A DNA stretch of 64,000 nt from Lingula anatina (Eukaryota; Animalia; Brachiopoda): positions 10,850,001 through 10,914,000 of the forward strand of contig CM120645.1 in the NCBI GenBank assembly GCA_051362555.1. The letters run 5' to 3'. The stretch's first letter is position 1. Every line of letters starts with the position of its first letter. The position numbers and the translations under genes are program-made. The notes under the pieces are model-generated. The model was given only the letters and a program-made list of their open reading frames with translations. It ran no database searches and was not told the DNA's origin. Shown piece after piece: positions 14,901 through 29,900 of the stretch.

Positions 14901-17900
14901 GTTATTGACAAACGGTTTTCAAAACAAAACGGTTTTTGAAAAACATTAACATTGTTGAAACTGTTACGCCTTCGCGGCCGAGTGCCTTATGAAGGTACAA
15001 ATAACAATGTACTTACTGGTATCTCAGAGTTAAGAGCCGTAAAGAGCCAAAGAGAGCCGCAAAGAGGACCAAAAGAGCCAAGAACACAGAGGCTAGAGCC
15101 AAAAGTCCCAACAAAGAGACCGATTTATTTCAAGTCGGACCTTATATACAAGTTCAGATAGTACACGTTTACCAATCAGAACCAACTACACAGTGAACAG
15201 TTTTACCTTTAGGTTACCAATCACGGGAGAGATTCAAACTTGCACACCGGACAACACTTTACTTACAGAGACATCTACCGGTAGCAATATAAAATAATCT
15301 CATCTAACACACTACATCGTCACAAAACCCAACTCTACCTGTATTCTAATATCCTATAATGCCAGTAAGTTCAAGCAAAAGAGGGTAATACTGTTTTCAC
15401 TAACTTAAATATAGTCACACCCATATGTTGATCTGTGAATTAAAGAGATCTTAGCTACTTGTATTCTCCATCACTGAGATATCTTTAATTCAATATGCTT
15501 ATAAAATTTTGTAACTTCATGAGAGGACTGGGAGGTTGAGGACTCTAAGGCAAACTTACTGCTTCGTCCTCCATCACATTATTGGCCCAGTATGCTCCGA
15601 TTCCTCCGATATCTCTGGATCCAAATGGGAAGTAGACCCGGTTTAAGGGGAGAATGGTGGGGTTGCGATATGCCTTCTGAAGCTTGGTTTGGTCAGCAAA
15701 CGCCTCCCAGTCTTCCACATCACTGAACATTACCACTCCGTGTTGGGTAAACTGGTAACAGGGCACAGGAAAATCAACAATGTATTACAGTTGCAATTAT
15801 TCATTATAATTGAGTTACTGTCTCACTCAAGTTAGAGAAACATAACTCAATTTTCTTCATTTAACTTCAATTTCTTAACATTCAAAAACAATCTTTCAAA
15901 ACAATTTTACCATTTAAAATATTATAAGCTAAATTTTTGACTCTACAAATTCCATATATGCATGCATGCATGCAAAAAAATATAGCCACTGCACACAACT
16001 TTGTGACAGGCAACTCACATAAAATGATGGTAGAATCAGTCCGTCGAATGTGGGTATACCATACTTAGGGAAAAAGAAATCACTTATTGCTGAGATATCG
16101 GCACCAAGGAATGGCAACTTGTGGTGGTCAGCAAAGGCAACAAGTCTGTTTTCTGAAAGGTATATGTGTAAACATGCCAGGATGGGAAAAATCACATAAA
16201 GCTAAGAGACAGAAATGAAAAAAATTAGAAATCAATACCTTTTCAAATTCATATCAACTCACTCATTTCCCATACAATAAAATAAATTAGCATAATATTA
16301 CATTACTAAGAAAATTTTTTTATATAATTATTTTTACATCAATATAACCCATGTTTTCTAAAACTAGTCTATTATATTCATTATTTTTCTTTCAGCATAA
16401 TTTCAATATTAGCTTCAGTCAAATTGATTAAGATTTGATAAATTTGCCTCTCGAAAGGAATTTTTGCCAGATTGATTGTAAATTGAAAACAACAGTTCTC
16501 ACAATTGTTCGGGGTATCTTTGGCCCTTTTTTAGCAGTACAAGATGGTAAAGGGCTGATGTCTTCAACATCTCTGTTATTAGACCCTAGACCACAGAGAG
16601 CACATTCAGAGCGGTGGACTAACAGATTTGCAGATCAAATATGGCAACCCACTAAAAAGCTTGTTGCTTAATTCAGGATTAGACACTGAATAGATTTCCT
16701 ACGGGGATTACGCAACAAGCATTCAAGCGGGTCGGCCATATTTGATCTGTGGATCTGTTAGTCCCTTGTGCTGAATGAGTCCATACTTACCTATGCAACT
16801 GTCCCTCAATCCACTGCCTTTATATGGAGCAACACAGCGACATCTGAATCCTCCAGGAAGGTTGGTGCACTTGGCTCGGCCATCAACGTCACAGTTGTGG
16901 GTCCCCAGCTCACACTCATCTATGTCTATACATCCATGCGAGTTGTTGGGATTCCTGGTATATCCGTCTTGGCACAGGCAGCTGTAGTTGCCTTCCAGGT
17001 TGACACACTCTGCCACACTAAGCAGCTGGGAGCCACCAGGATCTGTGCAATCATTGATGGACCGTAAACACTCATTAATGTCTGAAAGGAGAAAAGATGC
17101 TGGGAATTAAACCTGAGATGCCCCAAAGCCTTGGGACTTTACATAAAATCAAGTGAGATTTCATGTGGTTTAGAGAAGAATGGGGTAAGAAATAATCTCA
17201 GACTAGCAAGAATTATATTTAGTGTTATAAACTGTATATCTTCTCTGAAACAATACTACCACCACTACTACTGCTAATATATATAGGCTAAGAATTTATC
17301 CATGAGAAGTGTTCTGATTATTCTTTCTTAAGTGTAATCTTAAACAATGAATTACTTAAACAACATGCCAGTACTGAACCGCGCATTTACAAAATTTTTT
17401 TTAGAAAGCAAATAATTTTTCAGGCATCAGCCAGGCTGGGTACAAATATACGTCACATGCGACTCTAAAGAAAACAATATCAGTTTTTCCACTGACCAAC
17501 GCATTGGTTCTCAATGTTATGTCCCTGGTCGTCGGTGGGGTGCTCATAGCCGTTTGCACAGCTGCACCTGTAGTGTCCAGCATTGTCTATGACGGAGCAG
17601 TTATGAAGGATGCCACATGGAGACTGCAGGCAAGGATTATTAGGAGCTATAATATGAAATGATTTCTTTTTAAAGATAAGTCATGGAGGAAGTTATGGTA
17701 CATGGTTTTGAATAGTTTCAATCACTATCTTATTTCAATAAAATATTATTTCATTCAGGTTAACTACTTCCATAAATATCAAAACCTTCATTTGTCACAA
17801 ACTTAGTACAGACTAATCTCTCATGTTAAATATTCTGCCATCTTCATCTGTCTCCAAGACTGACAGCATGCATGGCGAAATATTTCACAAGTGATAGGTT

Positions 17901-20619
17901 TTTATTAAGTTTGTGACAAATGAACAACTGAAACTGAATTTTTTAAATTTTTTTTCAAATACTGACAGAGGTCAACATACCAACACATCTGGATAGGTTG
18001 CAGTTCACATATTTAATAGCTGCGGTGCCTGTAAATCCTTCACAATCAGCCACAGCACGACTTGCTCCAGATAGGTCCGTGCATGGACGGGTGCGATTTC
18101 GCTCAGCTCCCTCACCACACTCTGCAGAGCAAGCACCCCATGCAGTCCAGTGTCCATAGAAAGGAACCACTGAAAGCACATCAATAGTTTTCAGTTGCTT
18201 TAAAACTATCATTTCTCCTAACATAATGATATAATATCAAATGAAATTTTCTTTTTCAGAAGGGTTCCCTTTAGATCCATCTCTGCTACCATCATGATTA
18301 ATTAGTACTTAACATTTATATGATTTTTCAAATGAGTTCCCTTTGATTTTTATAGCTAAATATACAGAGAGACTATCTGTGCCACAGCTGAAACAAGCTA
18401 CTTGAAACAATTCTGGCTTTAACCAAGTCAAGTTCTCCATACTGGAAATGAATTGAAGAATGAAAAAAAAAGTCAACACTTTAACCAGTTTAAAAGAAAA
18501 CATTATTTTAAGGTTTAGAATGAAATGCCTTACATGTCTGGCAGTGCTCCCCAGTTACATTAGGTGGGCACACACAGCTGTACTGCCCCACTAAGTCCAC
18601 ACAGGTGCCACTGTTCTGACAGGTGACACTCACACAGTCATCTATATCTGATAACAAAGAAAAGTTGATTGTAAATTCTTTGTTGTAACGCACTGTGATG
18701 ATAATAAAGAAAAGTTGATTGTTAATTCTTTGTTGTAATGCACTGTGATGGTAATAAAGAAAAGTTCTTTGTTAATTCTTTGTTGTAATGCACTGTGATG
18801 ATAATAAAGAAAAGTTGATTGTTAATTCTTTGTTGTAATGCACTGTGATGGTAATAAAGAAAAGTTGATTGTTAATTCTTTGTTGTAATGCACTGTGATT
18901 CTCAGCAGTCATCTATACTTCATTATAAAGAAAAGCTGATTTTCTAAAACTTTGTAGTAATGTGTTATGCTATACTGTACTATATTATCATGATATATTG
19001 TCACAGTACTCTGTTGTCTGATAAATAAAATGAGTATACGCAGAACAGTTGACAAATCCAAATATCACTAGTATTGCAGTTCCGAAAATTAAAAGCAGTT
19101 TGTCAAAATAAAAACAAATTTCTCTGTGCCTTGTCCTATATCTTTTCCTGAATTACTTTAATGTCCAGCAATGTAGTCTCGTCTGCCTAAACAATGTCAA
19201 AATACCACAATTTTTACCTCAATGTAATACTAGTAAAAAATTAAGTGATCTAAATTACGTATAAAACCATCTAGGTTATATATTAAAACTTACTTGTCTG
19301 GCAGTTAACCCCAGTGAACCCCTCTTCACATTCACAATGGTACATTGCCAATAAATCGTTACAATAGCCACCATTACGACAGGGGTTGCTGGCACATTCA
19401 TCTATTTCTGTAAAGACAAAGAAATATGTTAACTTTCAAATGAATAGCAATGAATAAAATTGCATTATGTGTATGAAAAACATTTATTAAAAACATTATT
19501 TTGGCAGCTACATTTTTTCATCCAAATCAATGTAACTTACAGCAAATTCATTCGTCTACCCAGTTATTTTAGCTGGCAAACTTAATTCTACTATGGCACC
19601 ATGGTAAACCGAGATCATATACGAGAGCGTTGCACGATCCCAGAGGTCATTAAAAAAACATGGTCAAATTCATATCCTCCTCACCTGAGTCGCACACCTG
19701 TCCTGTCATTCCAGGAGGGCAAGCACAGTAAAAGGCATTCACCCTGTCTGTGCAGGTGGAGCCTGCTGCACATGGGTTGGACCCACAGTCATCTAAGTCT
19801 GAAATTAGTGTGTACATATCTTGTCACTCTAGAAAAATGCCCAAACCACATTAGATAGTGGTTTCACTATATGTAATCCGTTAGCTTTAATGAAATGACC
19901 TACATGTACATAAAACTATTAAGAAGATGACTAATCTTAAAAAAAAAAAAGAAAAAAAAAACACACCAAATTCCTGAGAGGATGATGCAACAGGTAAGCA
20001 TCTTTAATGAACACGATGTGGTATGATCAATTACAAGAGATTTAAACCGAATAACAATACACTGCAATTGATTTATTCATTTTGTTGTTGTTAAAAACAA
20101 AACAATCTCATATCATATCTCAATGCAAGACTTTCATCAAAATATAACTTATAAAAGTACTTTTAAAGAAACAAAGTGTAAGTTTTTGAACATTTTAAAA
20201 TTCAGTGCAGCACAGCACAAAAATTACTTTAACTTAAACTTATCAGGTTTTGATATTTTTTATAATAAATAACATGAATAAATTAATTTTGCCAAAAATA
20301 ATCTAAGTTATCATCAATCCATGTTCCTTTCCAATTGTCAGTCATCTTAACACAGTTTTAAATTGCACGTAACCAGGAATTAAGTCAGTCCTCAAAGTGT
20401 TAGCAAATTTTTTTTCACATAAATCTTATTCAGGACACCTTAAAGCTGAGTACAAAATTAATGCATGGGAATTTTTCTTTCTTTTAACATTAAAAAAGCA
20501 CTGAAAAATCTTCTGCTGTATACATTTTCCAATATCATAATATCCATTAGTAGTCCATTTTGGCACAAGCAAAATACTAATGATGCCTACCTTATATGTT
20601 AAGGCCAAACAAGGCAAGG

Positions 20620-20703
<84 letters not shown>

Positions 20704-21024
20704 CATCAGACTCAGTAGAAATGTTACTTACGGACCCCTGTCCAATGGTACTTACTTGTCTCACAGTCATGCCCAACATAGCCAGGTTGGCATTCACAGC
20801 TATAGCCAAGGTTCAGGTCAACACAAGAGGCCTGGTTCTGGCAGGGGTTGCTTTCACATTCATTTTCACCTTAGAATAATCAAAGAATTTTCATCTTTTG
20901 CAATGATTTTATGCTTTTTAATTATTTTGTTTGATATGTTATATGTTATGGTTATTCCTTGAATTAATTTCTTACCACTTTAAGGAAAAATTGGTTACAT
21001 TCATAACTCTCTTTAAATTGTGTA

Positions 21025-21067
<43 letters not shown>

Positions 21068-21868
21068 AGCAATATATCCTGAATATTCATATCCTGACAC
21101 AGATAACTGAATGGCATAAACACATTGAGTAGTGAGAGCAAGACAAATCTGCATAATATACCTTCATAAGTCATGTTGCAAAATTTTCCGTAGATTTCAT
21201 CTGTACAGTTGCAGTAAAAATCCAGCCACAAATCATTACAGGTGCCTCCATTTTGACATGGGCTACTCGCACAATCATCTTCATCTAAAATTTTAAAATC
21301 AGGTGGACGTATAAAACTTTTTAAAAGTAATGAAAGTGAATGTTCAAACAGAATTAACATATAAAATTCAGAACAAAACAAGGCAGCAAAGCTGTCAAAT
21401 GTACAGACAAAAACCAGAAAATAAAAACGCAGGAAATAGGATACTGTCAATTCTGATGAACTAATGTATTATGCTTACTGTAACTGCATAGCCAACATCA
21501 AATTCTTATTCTGCATAACACTGGATTAGGATGAAAGTAAAATGTGTATCAAGCATTAGACTAAGTTCCCATACCTAGATCAATCTAACAGGATCAATCC
21601 AACTCCAAGGGGTTTCTCACTAAATTGCTTTCAGTTTGAGAGTCTTAGGATTCTGGCATGCCAGTTTCAGTAGGCGTGACAGACAACTAAGCCACTTACA
21701 TTGATTGCAATTTAGCGAGAATTCCCATGGAGATAGATCCATCCACAGTTAGCGTGATAGGGTCTGGAAATAGTCCCTAAGGTGTCAGGCTGATAAGAGT
21801 TAAACTTTGGAAATGCCAGAATGAGGTACAGTGAAAATTACACACACAAAAACAAATTGCTTAAACTC

Positions 21869-21955
<87 letters not shown>

Positions 21956-24900
21956 AATTTTTTTTTTTTGGCTGTATGTCAATCCTAAGAATCATTCTTG
22001 TAACTTAACAAAATACAGAAAATGTTACAAAGTAAGAGTACAGGGCTCCTGGCAGATGGGAGTGATAAGTCACAACTTGAAAATGCCAGTATAGCACACT
22101 ATAAACCTGCATTGCCTCCAAAACAGAAAACAATCACACTGGTTTTCAAACACAAGCTGCGCACTTCTGTCTTATGAAACTTTTCACTAAGTTTCAGTAT
22201 CGTAAGTAACATGGTTTTCCCTTAATCGCTATCCTGGCAGCAGTGTCCAAAATAGGGTTTTCTTCAACTTTCATGCAATAAAACATAATACTTAACAGCA
22301 TAATGACCATCAAATTTTTTATAAAAAAAATAAAAGTATCATGAATATTCAGAAAATGTGATTTGGGAAGGTCTTCAAGGCCATGGAAGTTCAGAGTCAC
22401 ACTTTCAAAATGCCAAAATGTAAACAAGAGATAACTGTACTGAAATGATTTTCTTTCCATTTTCAACACCTTTTTTAAAACAAAATGATCAATAAACTGT
22501 CATTTTTAAATGTTCAACTAGGAAAATTGTTGACATAGGAAAAATATCAATAGAACAATTTTCAATGTCCAATTTGCTCCATTTGCAGATGCTGAACATA
22601 GTGAATGATTAAATCTGACAAACTGCAATGATGAGTTCCTTTCCATTTATGATACTTTATTACACAATGCACAATATTATAACAGGTTTACCGTCATTTT
22701 TATATAATCAACAAACAATATTGTTAAGAAGCAGAAAATGTCAAAACAACACTTTTACATATCTTATTAGTTCCATAATGAGACTGTTAACATGCCTAAG
22801 AATTAAATCTGAAGAAATAACAATTATATACAAAAAAACAGAAAATGCACAGCACTTCTGGTGGATGGGAGTATAAAATCACATCTTGAAGATGCTAGTG
22901 TTTGAAAAATAATTTTAAAAAAATTTTAAATAAAACGTAAAAAATTCCAATAAAGCTGCTATTCAAACTTTTAATCTAGCTGTATTAACTTGATATTAAT
23001 AACCCCACCAAGTTTGAGAAAAATAAAGCACTGTTATGCATCTATAGCATGTTGGCATAACACATTCTTTTTGTTGTAAATTATTTGCAATGTTAAACAC
23101 CATTTATCTGCACAATTATCACCAAATCCTAATTTTGTGACACAGTTAAGAGAGCTAAACCTATGGGACTTTACAGGGAAATCTCAAGGAGTGTTTTATG
23201 TAATCTCATTTAGTGGCCAATTGAAAATTAATGAGTAGGCAAGTGACTTTATAGACCTTAATTTAATTAGTGATCACCCAAGGGACAATTTTAAAGACTG
23301 CTATCCATACAGTACCGTCATATAGCACAAAGGTGTTGCATACATGCTGAAAAAAGTGAAAAAACAGCATTACTTCCCTAAAAATGACCCGATCATGCTG
23401 ATTTTCAAACTTGACCAGCGTATTATGAATACTCATTAGTTCTGCAAGTTTCAAACCAAAAGGTTAAATGGTTTTCCACTTATCATGTTATCAGTGTTGC
23501 ATATATGCTGAAAAAAGTGAAAAACAGCATAACTTCCCTAAAAATGACCCAATCATACTGATTTTCAAACTTGACCTGCATATTATGAATATTCATCAGT
23601 TCTGTAAGTTTGAAACCAAAAGGTAAAATGGATTTCCACTTATCGTGTTATCGGTGCTGCATATATGCTGAAGAAAGTGAAAAAACAGCATAACTACCCT
23701 AAAAATGACCCAATCATGATGATTTTCGAACTTGACCTGCGTAATATGAATATTCATTAGTTCTGCAAGTTTCAAGCCAAAAGGTAAAATGATTTTTCAC
23801 TTATCATGTTATCAGTGTTGCATATATGGTGAAAAAAGTGAAAAACAGCATAACTTCCCTAAAAATGACCCGATCATGCTGATTTTCGAACTTGACCTGT
23901 GTATTATGAATATTCATCAGTTTTGTAAGTTTCAAGGGAAAAGGTAAAATGGTTTTCCACTTATCGTGTTATCGGTGCTGCATATATGCTGAAACAAGAC
24001 AGCACTGTTCTGCAATGGGTTTACTTCCATTTTTAAAACACTTTTTTAACATAAAACAAAATAAACAGTTTTCTACCATTTGTATATGATCAACTAAGAA
24101 AATTGATGAGATGGGAAAAATATCAATAGAACAGTGTTAAATGTCCAATTTCCTCCATTCTGAGATAATGAATATAGTAGATGATTGAATCTGACAAACT
24201 GCAATGATATTTGTTTATTTCCATTTTTGACACTTTATAACATAATACACAATAACAAGTTTACCATCATTTTTACATAATCAACTAACAATGTTATTAA
24301 GATGCAGGAAATGTCAAACAAACACTTTTACGTATCTTATTAGTTCAATAATGAGACTGTTAACATGCCTAACAATTGAATCTGAGGAAATAAGAAAAAA
24401 CAGCATAACTTCTAAAAGAATGGCCCGATTATGCTGATTTTGGAAATCAACCTGCGTTTTAGTTAGTTTTACTACTCCTGTGAGTATAATGACAATTGGC
24501 CTATCTGTTTTTCTTATATTGTGTTATTAGTGTTGCATATATGTTGAAAGAAGTGAAAAAACAGCATAACTTCCCTAAAAATGGCCCGATCATGCTGATT
24601 TTCGAACTTTACCTGCGTATTATGAATATTCATCAGTTCTGTAAGTTTCAAGCCAAAAGGTAAAATGGTTTTCCATTTATGGTGTTATCGGTGCTGCATA
24701 TATGCTGAAAAAAGAGAAAAAATAGCCTAAATTCACTAAAAATGACCCAATCACGCTGATTTTCGAACTTGACCTGCGTGTTATAAATATTCATCAGATC
24801 TGTAAGTTTCAAGCCAAAAAGTAAAATAGTTATCCACTTATCGTGTTATCGGTGCTGTATATATGCTGAAAAAAGTGAAAAAACAGCATAAATTCCCTAT

Positions 24901-26856
24901 AAGTGACCCGATCATGCTGATTTTCGAACTTGACCTGCGTATTATGAATATTCATCAGTTCTGTAAGTTTCAAGCCAAAAGGTAACATGGTTTTCCACTT
25001 ATCGTGTTATCGGTGCTGCATATATGCTGAAAAAAGTGAAAAAACAGCATAAATTCCCTAAAAATGACCCGATCATGCTGATTTTCGAACTTGACCTGCG
25101 TATTATGAATATTCATCAGTTCTGTAAGTTTCAAGCCAAAAGAAAAAACAGTTTTCCACTTATCGTGTTATCGGTAAAAGTGCACGGCGACGGCGACGAC
25201 GGCGACGGCGACGGCGACGACAGACGCAGATGATGGCTATATGTACAGACACATCTGTGTCTGTACATAAAAACAAAGAGTGGCAAGGAGTATTTTACTA
25301 GTATATGCTCCATGAAGGCAGCTGTGCTCAGTGAGTAAATAGGCCCATCTGTACTAAATACCAGCTTTATTTGGGGTTGCAAGAAAATAAATTATTGACT
25401 CAATGCATGAATTGAAGAAATCTTTGTAACATGGAACAACAAACAGTATAAGTACCCAAAATGAGGTTATGATGAGTGTTATGTGATGGCATATAGTACA
25501 CATTTCATGATTGGCAGTTTGTGAAAGCTCTCTAATATCATCAACTTACCAACAATGGGTTCAAATGGTTCAGGTGGAGGTAGAACCAAAACATCACTTG
25601 GAACGATGGGTGCAAGATCATTAACCCATTCTACAACAAAACCACACAGATATATTTCATGAGAGATTTTGAGAGGCAGAATTTACTTTAATATTCATAA
25701 CTGATCTAAAAGCATTAATAAAAAAATACCAGATTCAAAAACATATCAAGCTGAAGCCATGATTAATATGAAGAAAATAAGATGCGAAGAATCGTTTAGA
25801 CATCTATGCACCTGCTTTTGCTAAGAGAATGCATGGCACAGTTGTTTACATTATAAATTCTTAATTATCATTAACCTTCTAAAGCATCATATTTCTTCAA
25901 AATGTCAGCATTTTTAACAAGTAATCTTTCACAGATATCATTTCAATGCTTTTGGGCATCAAACATAAATATACAACCAAAATTAATAAATTGTATAAAA
26001 AATTCATTTTGTTCACTGGTATTAAATTAAGTACCCTTGCTTCTGGTTGATCAAACTCTTGATTTCCGTGAATTACATATGTTACCTTCTAAAACATGAA
26101 AAATATAAGCTAGTTGAGGGTTTTGGCTTGGTTTATATGGTCAGTTGTATATTTTCTCTTTTTGCTTAAAATCCAGACCTAGAGCAAATTGGGCAAAAGG
26201 GTTGATTGCTGCCATTATACTTTTAATTTATCATTTATTAAATTTTTCACACCAAAATTATTTCCAAATGAAAATTTTTCTGATGCAAAATGTTTCATCA
26301 GAGTTTAAGCAGCACCAGTATATCTTCATGCACAACAAAACATTTACAAGCCCTAATACAGTATGTCCTAGATAGGAATCTGTTAGGGCATTAGAATTCT
26401 TACAGAGTCCTACAGGAGTCCCGTAGGATGTCCTAAAGGAAATTTTCATAATGGGGGGAAAAAACAATCACCTTGACAAGTCCCAGGAAGAAAAGCAATC
26501 CTTGTGAGATTCGCCTGCACTCTCCCTCCAGAAGTACATCCTCCAAGAAAGCCAAATCTGTACATGCCAGGAGGCACTGTTATTCCAGCAGCAATCACCT
26601 CGTAGCCAAACTGTAGCTCTGGGAGGTGAGCTAGAAGCTGTGGTTCTCCTTGCTCATAGATCACCCAGCTCTGAAGGACAGTGTTAACATCGCGCTTTTG
26701 GTACACAACGGAGGCACAAGTTTCCTGTGTCACATTCATGAAGTCTCTCATGGAAACAATTGCCTCGTCATCAATCTGCCGCTGGGAGCAGTTCAACATC
26801 AGTCCATGGTGGGCTGAAATATAGAAACAGGCATGAAATAGAAGGAATTCATTGTA

Positions 26857-26887
<31 letters not shown>

Positions 26888-26896
26888 TTGAGCAAG

Positions 26897-26937
<41 letters not shown>

Positions 26938-29900
26938 ACGCCTGCCTTCTGATGGTTGACATATACATACTATAATACACATGTATATCTATGAAAGTCA
27001 GAGTAGAAAGTGAAGTTATAGCATCTTTTTTTTTTGCTTTTGGATGAATGAAAAGTAGAAATAAGTCATATTTTCAAAAAGTCTACTATTCTTTCCACTA
27101 GTACTTTCACTATGTTTGGCTAAATATTGAAGCCTACACCTTCATTAACATATGCACAGTAAGATTTTAATCTTGTTTTATACCAATATATGTAACTTCC
27201 AGGCATGTACATGTACATTGTATGTATAGCTACAGTTTCAAGATAGGGTTCTAGTATTAATACATGCACATTATACCTTATACCACTGTCTGTTAATGTC
27301 ATAAAAATACTTACTAAGGGTCCAGTTGAAGTCTGCTGTATAATTCTGATTGAAACCACACATTTCATTTTTTGTGATATTACAGGCAAAGACATGATGA
27401 TACTGAAGCCATCGCAGAAATTGAGGGCTCATCGTTGTACTGGTGTCTAAAAGTAAAAGATAAGTTTCATACAAAAATGTATAATAAATAGATAAACAAA
27501 ATAATTTAATGATTCACTAACTAATCTCAAGAACATAGCAATTAAGAAGAACAACCCCCAGCAGGCTGGTGATACCTATAGCCTCTCTAGTGCTACAGTA
27601 TTACCAGCCCCTCCTCCCATTTGTTGATCTTAGTTCTACCCTGCTGTAACAATTTTCTCTACCTAAAATACATTTAATTTGGGATGGAGGTTCAGCTTAA
27701 ACATAAGGCCACACTTTTTTAATTTTATGGATGACATCCTGCGCGCGCACCGATTTTCGTCCGTTCTCCAAAAAAAAAAAAAAAAAAAAAAAAACCCCCT
27801 CCCCCCCCAAGGAAGTCGGTTGCCGCAAACGTCGTTATTGAATTTGCCGGAAAATGCAATCGGCAATCCTCGGCTAATTCCGCAAGCTCCATGCTGTCAT
27901 TGTCGACTGCGGAGATATCCGAGTAGTTCCGAGTGCGGAAAATGAGCTTTCTGCGCATGCGTATTATCACCACGTGGAAATATGGCCGCTTTGCCGTCAA
28001 ATTCATCTCTAGCATTAATTTCAAAATACACGACAATTAAAGTCATAAAGAGAACGGGGGCCGTCGTTTTGGATTGGTTTGCCATTGATATTGGACATGG
28101 AGATATCACATTTTTACAATTATACGAAAGGCTGGCCGCGGCCAGCGATCATCGCCCGGAAAATTTCAGTGACATTCTGGCCAGCGATCATCGCCCGGAA
28201 AATTTCAGTGACATTCTGTCCAAAGCAGCACATAGGCTTACGGTAAAGTCTTGAAAATTTCGTCGCTTAAAAATTAATTAATATTTTTAATTATGTAAAT
28301 CCGACTAATTTTTCAAAATTACCTCTCCCCGACTCCTGGGTATGACGAAATTTTCAAAAATCCGGCCTTTGGGCTTTTATCCTTAGCGACTGTTATCTTT
28401 GACCCTCCTATATTGTGGGATATTTATTACTACTTCCTAAGTCATTTCCTGGTGGTAAATAATAATCTATTTATTAGTGCATCTCGATTAAGTTATATTT
28501 AACTTACTGTACCCGAAAACATGTTGAGAATTATTTTCTCGGTAAGAAACCTACTTCCTGATAGAGGAGAAGGATCAAGATAAGCCTAATTGCAACCTTG
28601 CATCATAACCTGGACGCGACATATTAAAAAAATTACGCACTTGGGAACGTTTGTTGCATAGGTCTTTTCCCATGATTGAGTGTCAGTGTCTTACATCGCG
28701 AACGATCTCCCGAAAACGATATGAAAATTGCCTTTTCGTCTCGCTCGGATCGCGAACGATCTCCCTCTTACGATCTTACGTGAACAAAGTCCTGACGATA
28801 TTACGCAAACGATTCTCCGCCGAACATATGCCGTGAGTACCCTCTACCAGGGTGACTGATAGATTTTTACATATATTCACAGATATGTCTCTAGCTAGAT
28901 AGATGGGTCATTTTTAGCTGACTGAAAATGAATATTTAAAAAAAATCCAAAGTGTGTTTGGGAGGGGGTGGGGTTAAATAATGATCTCCCGCTGACGATC
29001 TTCCGCGAATGAAGTTCCCTAAATCCCTTGAACTAATATGAAAATTGCATTTCATTTTTGCTTACATCGCGAACGATCTCCCGATGATGATATGAAAATT
29101 GCCTTTTCGTCTCGCTCGGATCGCGAACGATCTCCCTCTGACGATTTTATGCGAACAAAGTCCTGACGATATTACGCAAACGATTCTCCGCCGAAGATAT
29201 GCCGTGAGCGGGGAAAGGGGGGTTAAAGATAAAACTAAATATATATATTATTTATAATATTCAAAGGGGGAGGCGGGGTTAAAATAATTATCTCCCGCTG
29301 ACGATCGTTCGCAAACTAAGTTCCTTGAACTAATATGAAAACTGCATTTTATTATTGCTTACATCGCGAACAATCTCCCGATGAAGATATGAAAATTGCC
29401 TTTTCGTCTCGCTCGAATCGCGAACGATCTCCCTCTGACAATTTTACGCGAACAAAGTCTTAACGATAGTACGCAAACGATTCTCCGCTGAAGATATGCC
29501 GTGAGCGGGGGAAGGGGGGGGGTTAAAGATAAAATGAAAAATATATATTATTTATAAAATTCAAAGGGGGAGGGGGGGGTAAAATAATGATCTCCTGCTG
29601 ACGATCTTCCACGAACGAAGTTCCCTTGAACTAATATGAAAAGTGCATTTTATTCTCGCTTACATCGCGAACGATCTCCCGTTGAGGATCTGAAAATTGC
29701 CATCTCGTCCCATTCGCATTGCGAACGATCTCCATGTACGAGCCAGGTAATCGTTAAATGGTCCTAAATTGAACAAGGACATGAATAGAAGAGACGGGTA
29801 CATTTCACTTCGAGATAATATCTTGATTTTTTTCATTGTGTCTTCCTCATTTAGAACAGCCGCCGATAACAATAACGGCGTTACAAATAACAAAGCCGCG

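Noticed and set aside
1057-21000. Plus-strand ORFs overlapping EGF exons and ORFs through microsatellites (HTHT, YIYI, CVCV, RERE)
   Set aside because: Antisense shadows of real exons or translations of dinucleotide repeats.
23340-25175. Regularly spaced repeats resembling a CRISPR array
   Set aside because: Whole 160-bp units are repeated with no unique spacers, there are no cas genes, and the context is a eukaryotic intron. It is a transposon-internal satellite.
26035-26088. 54-nt AG..GT segment as an extra exon ([18 protein letters not shown])
   Set aside because: Open only in phase 0. In the phase 1 required by the flanking exons it contains TGA.
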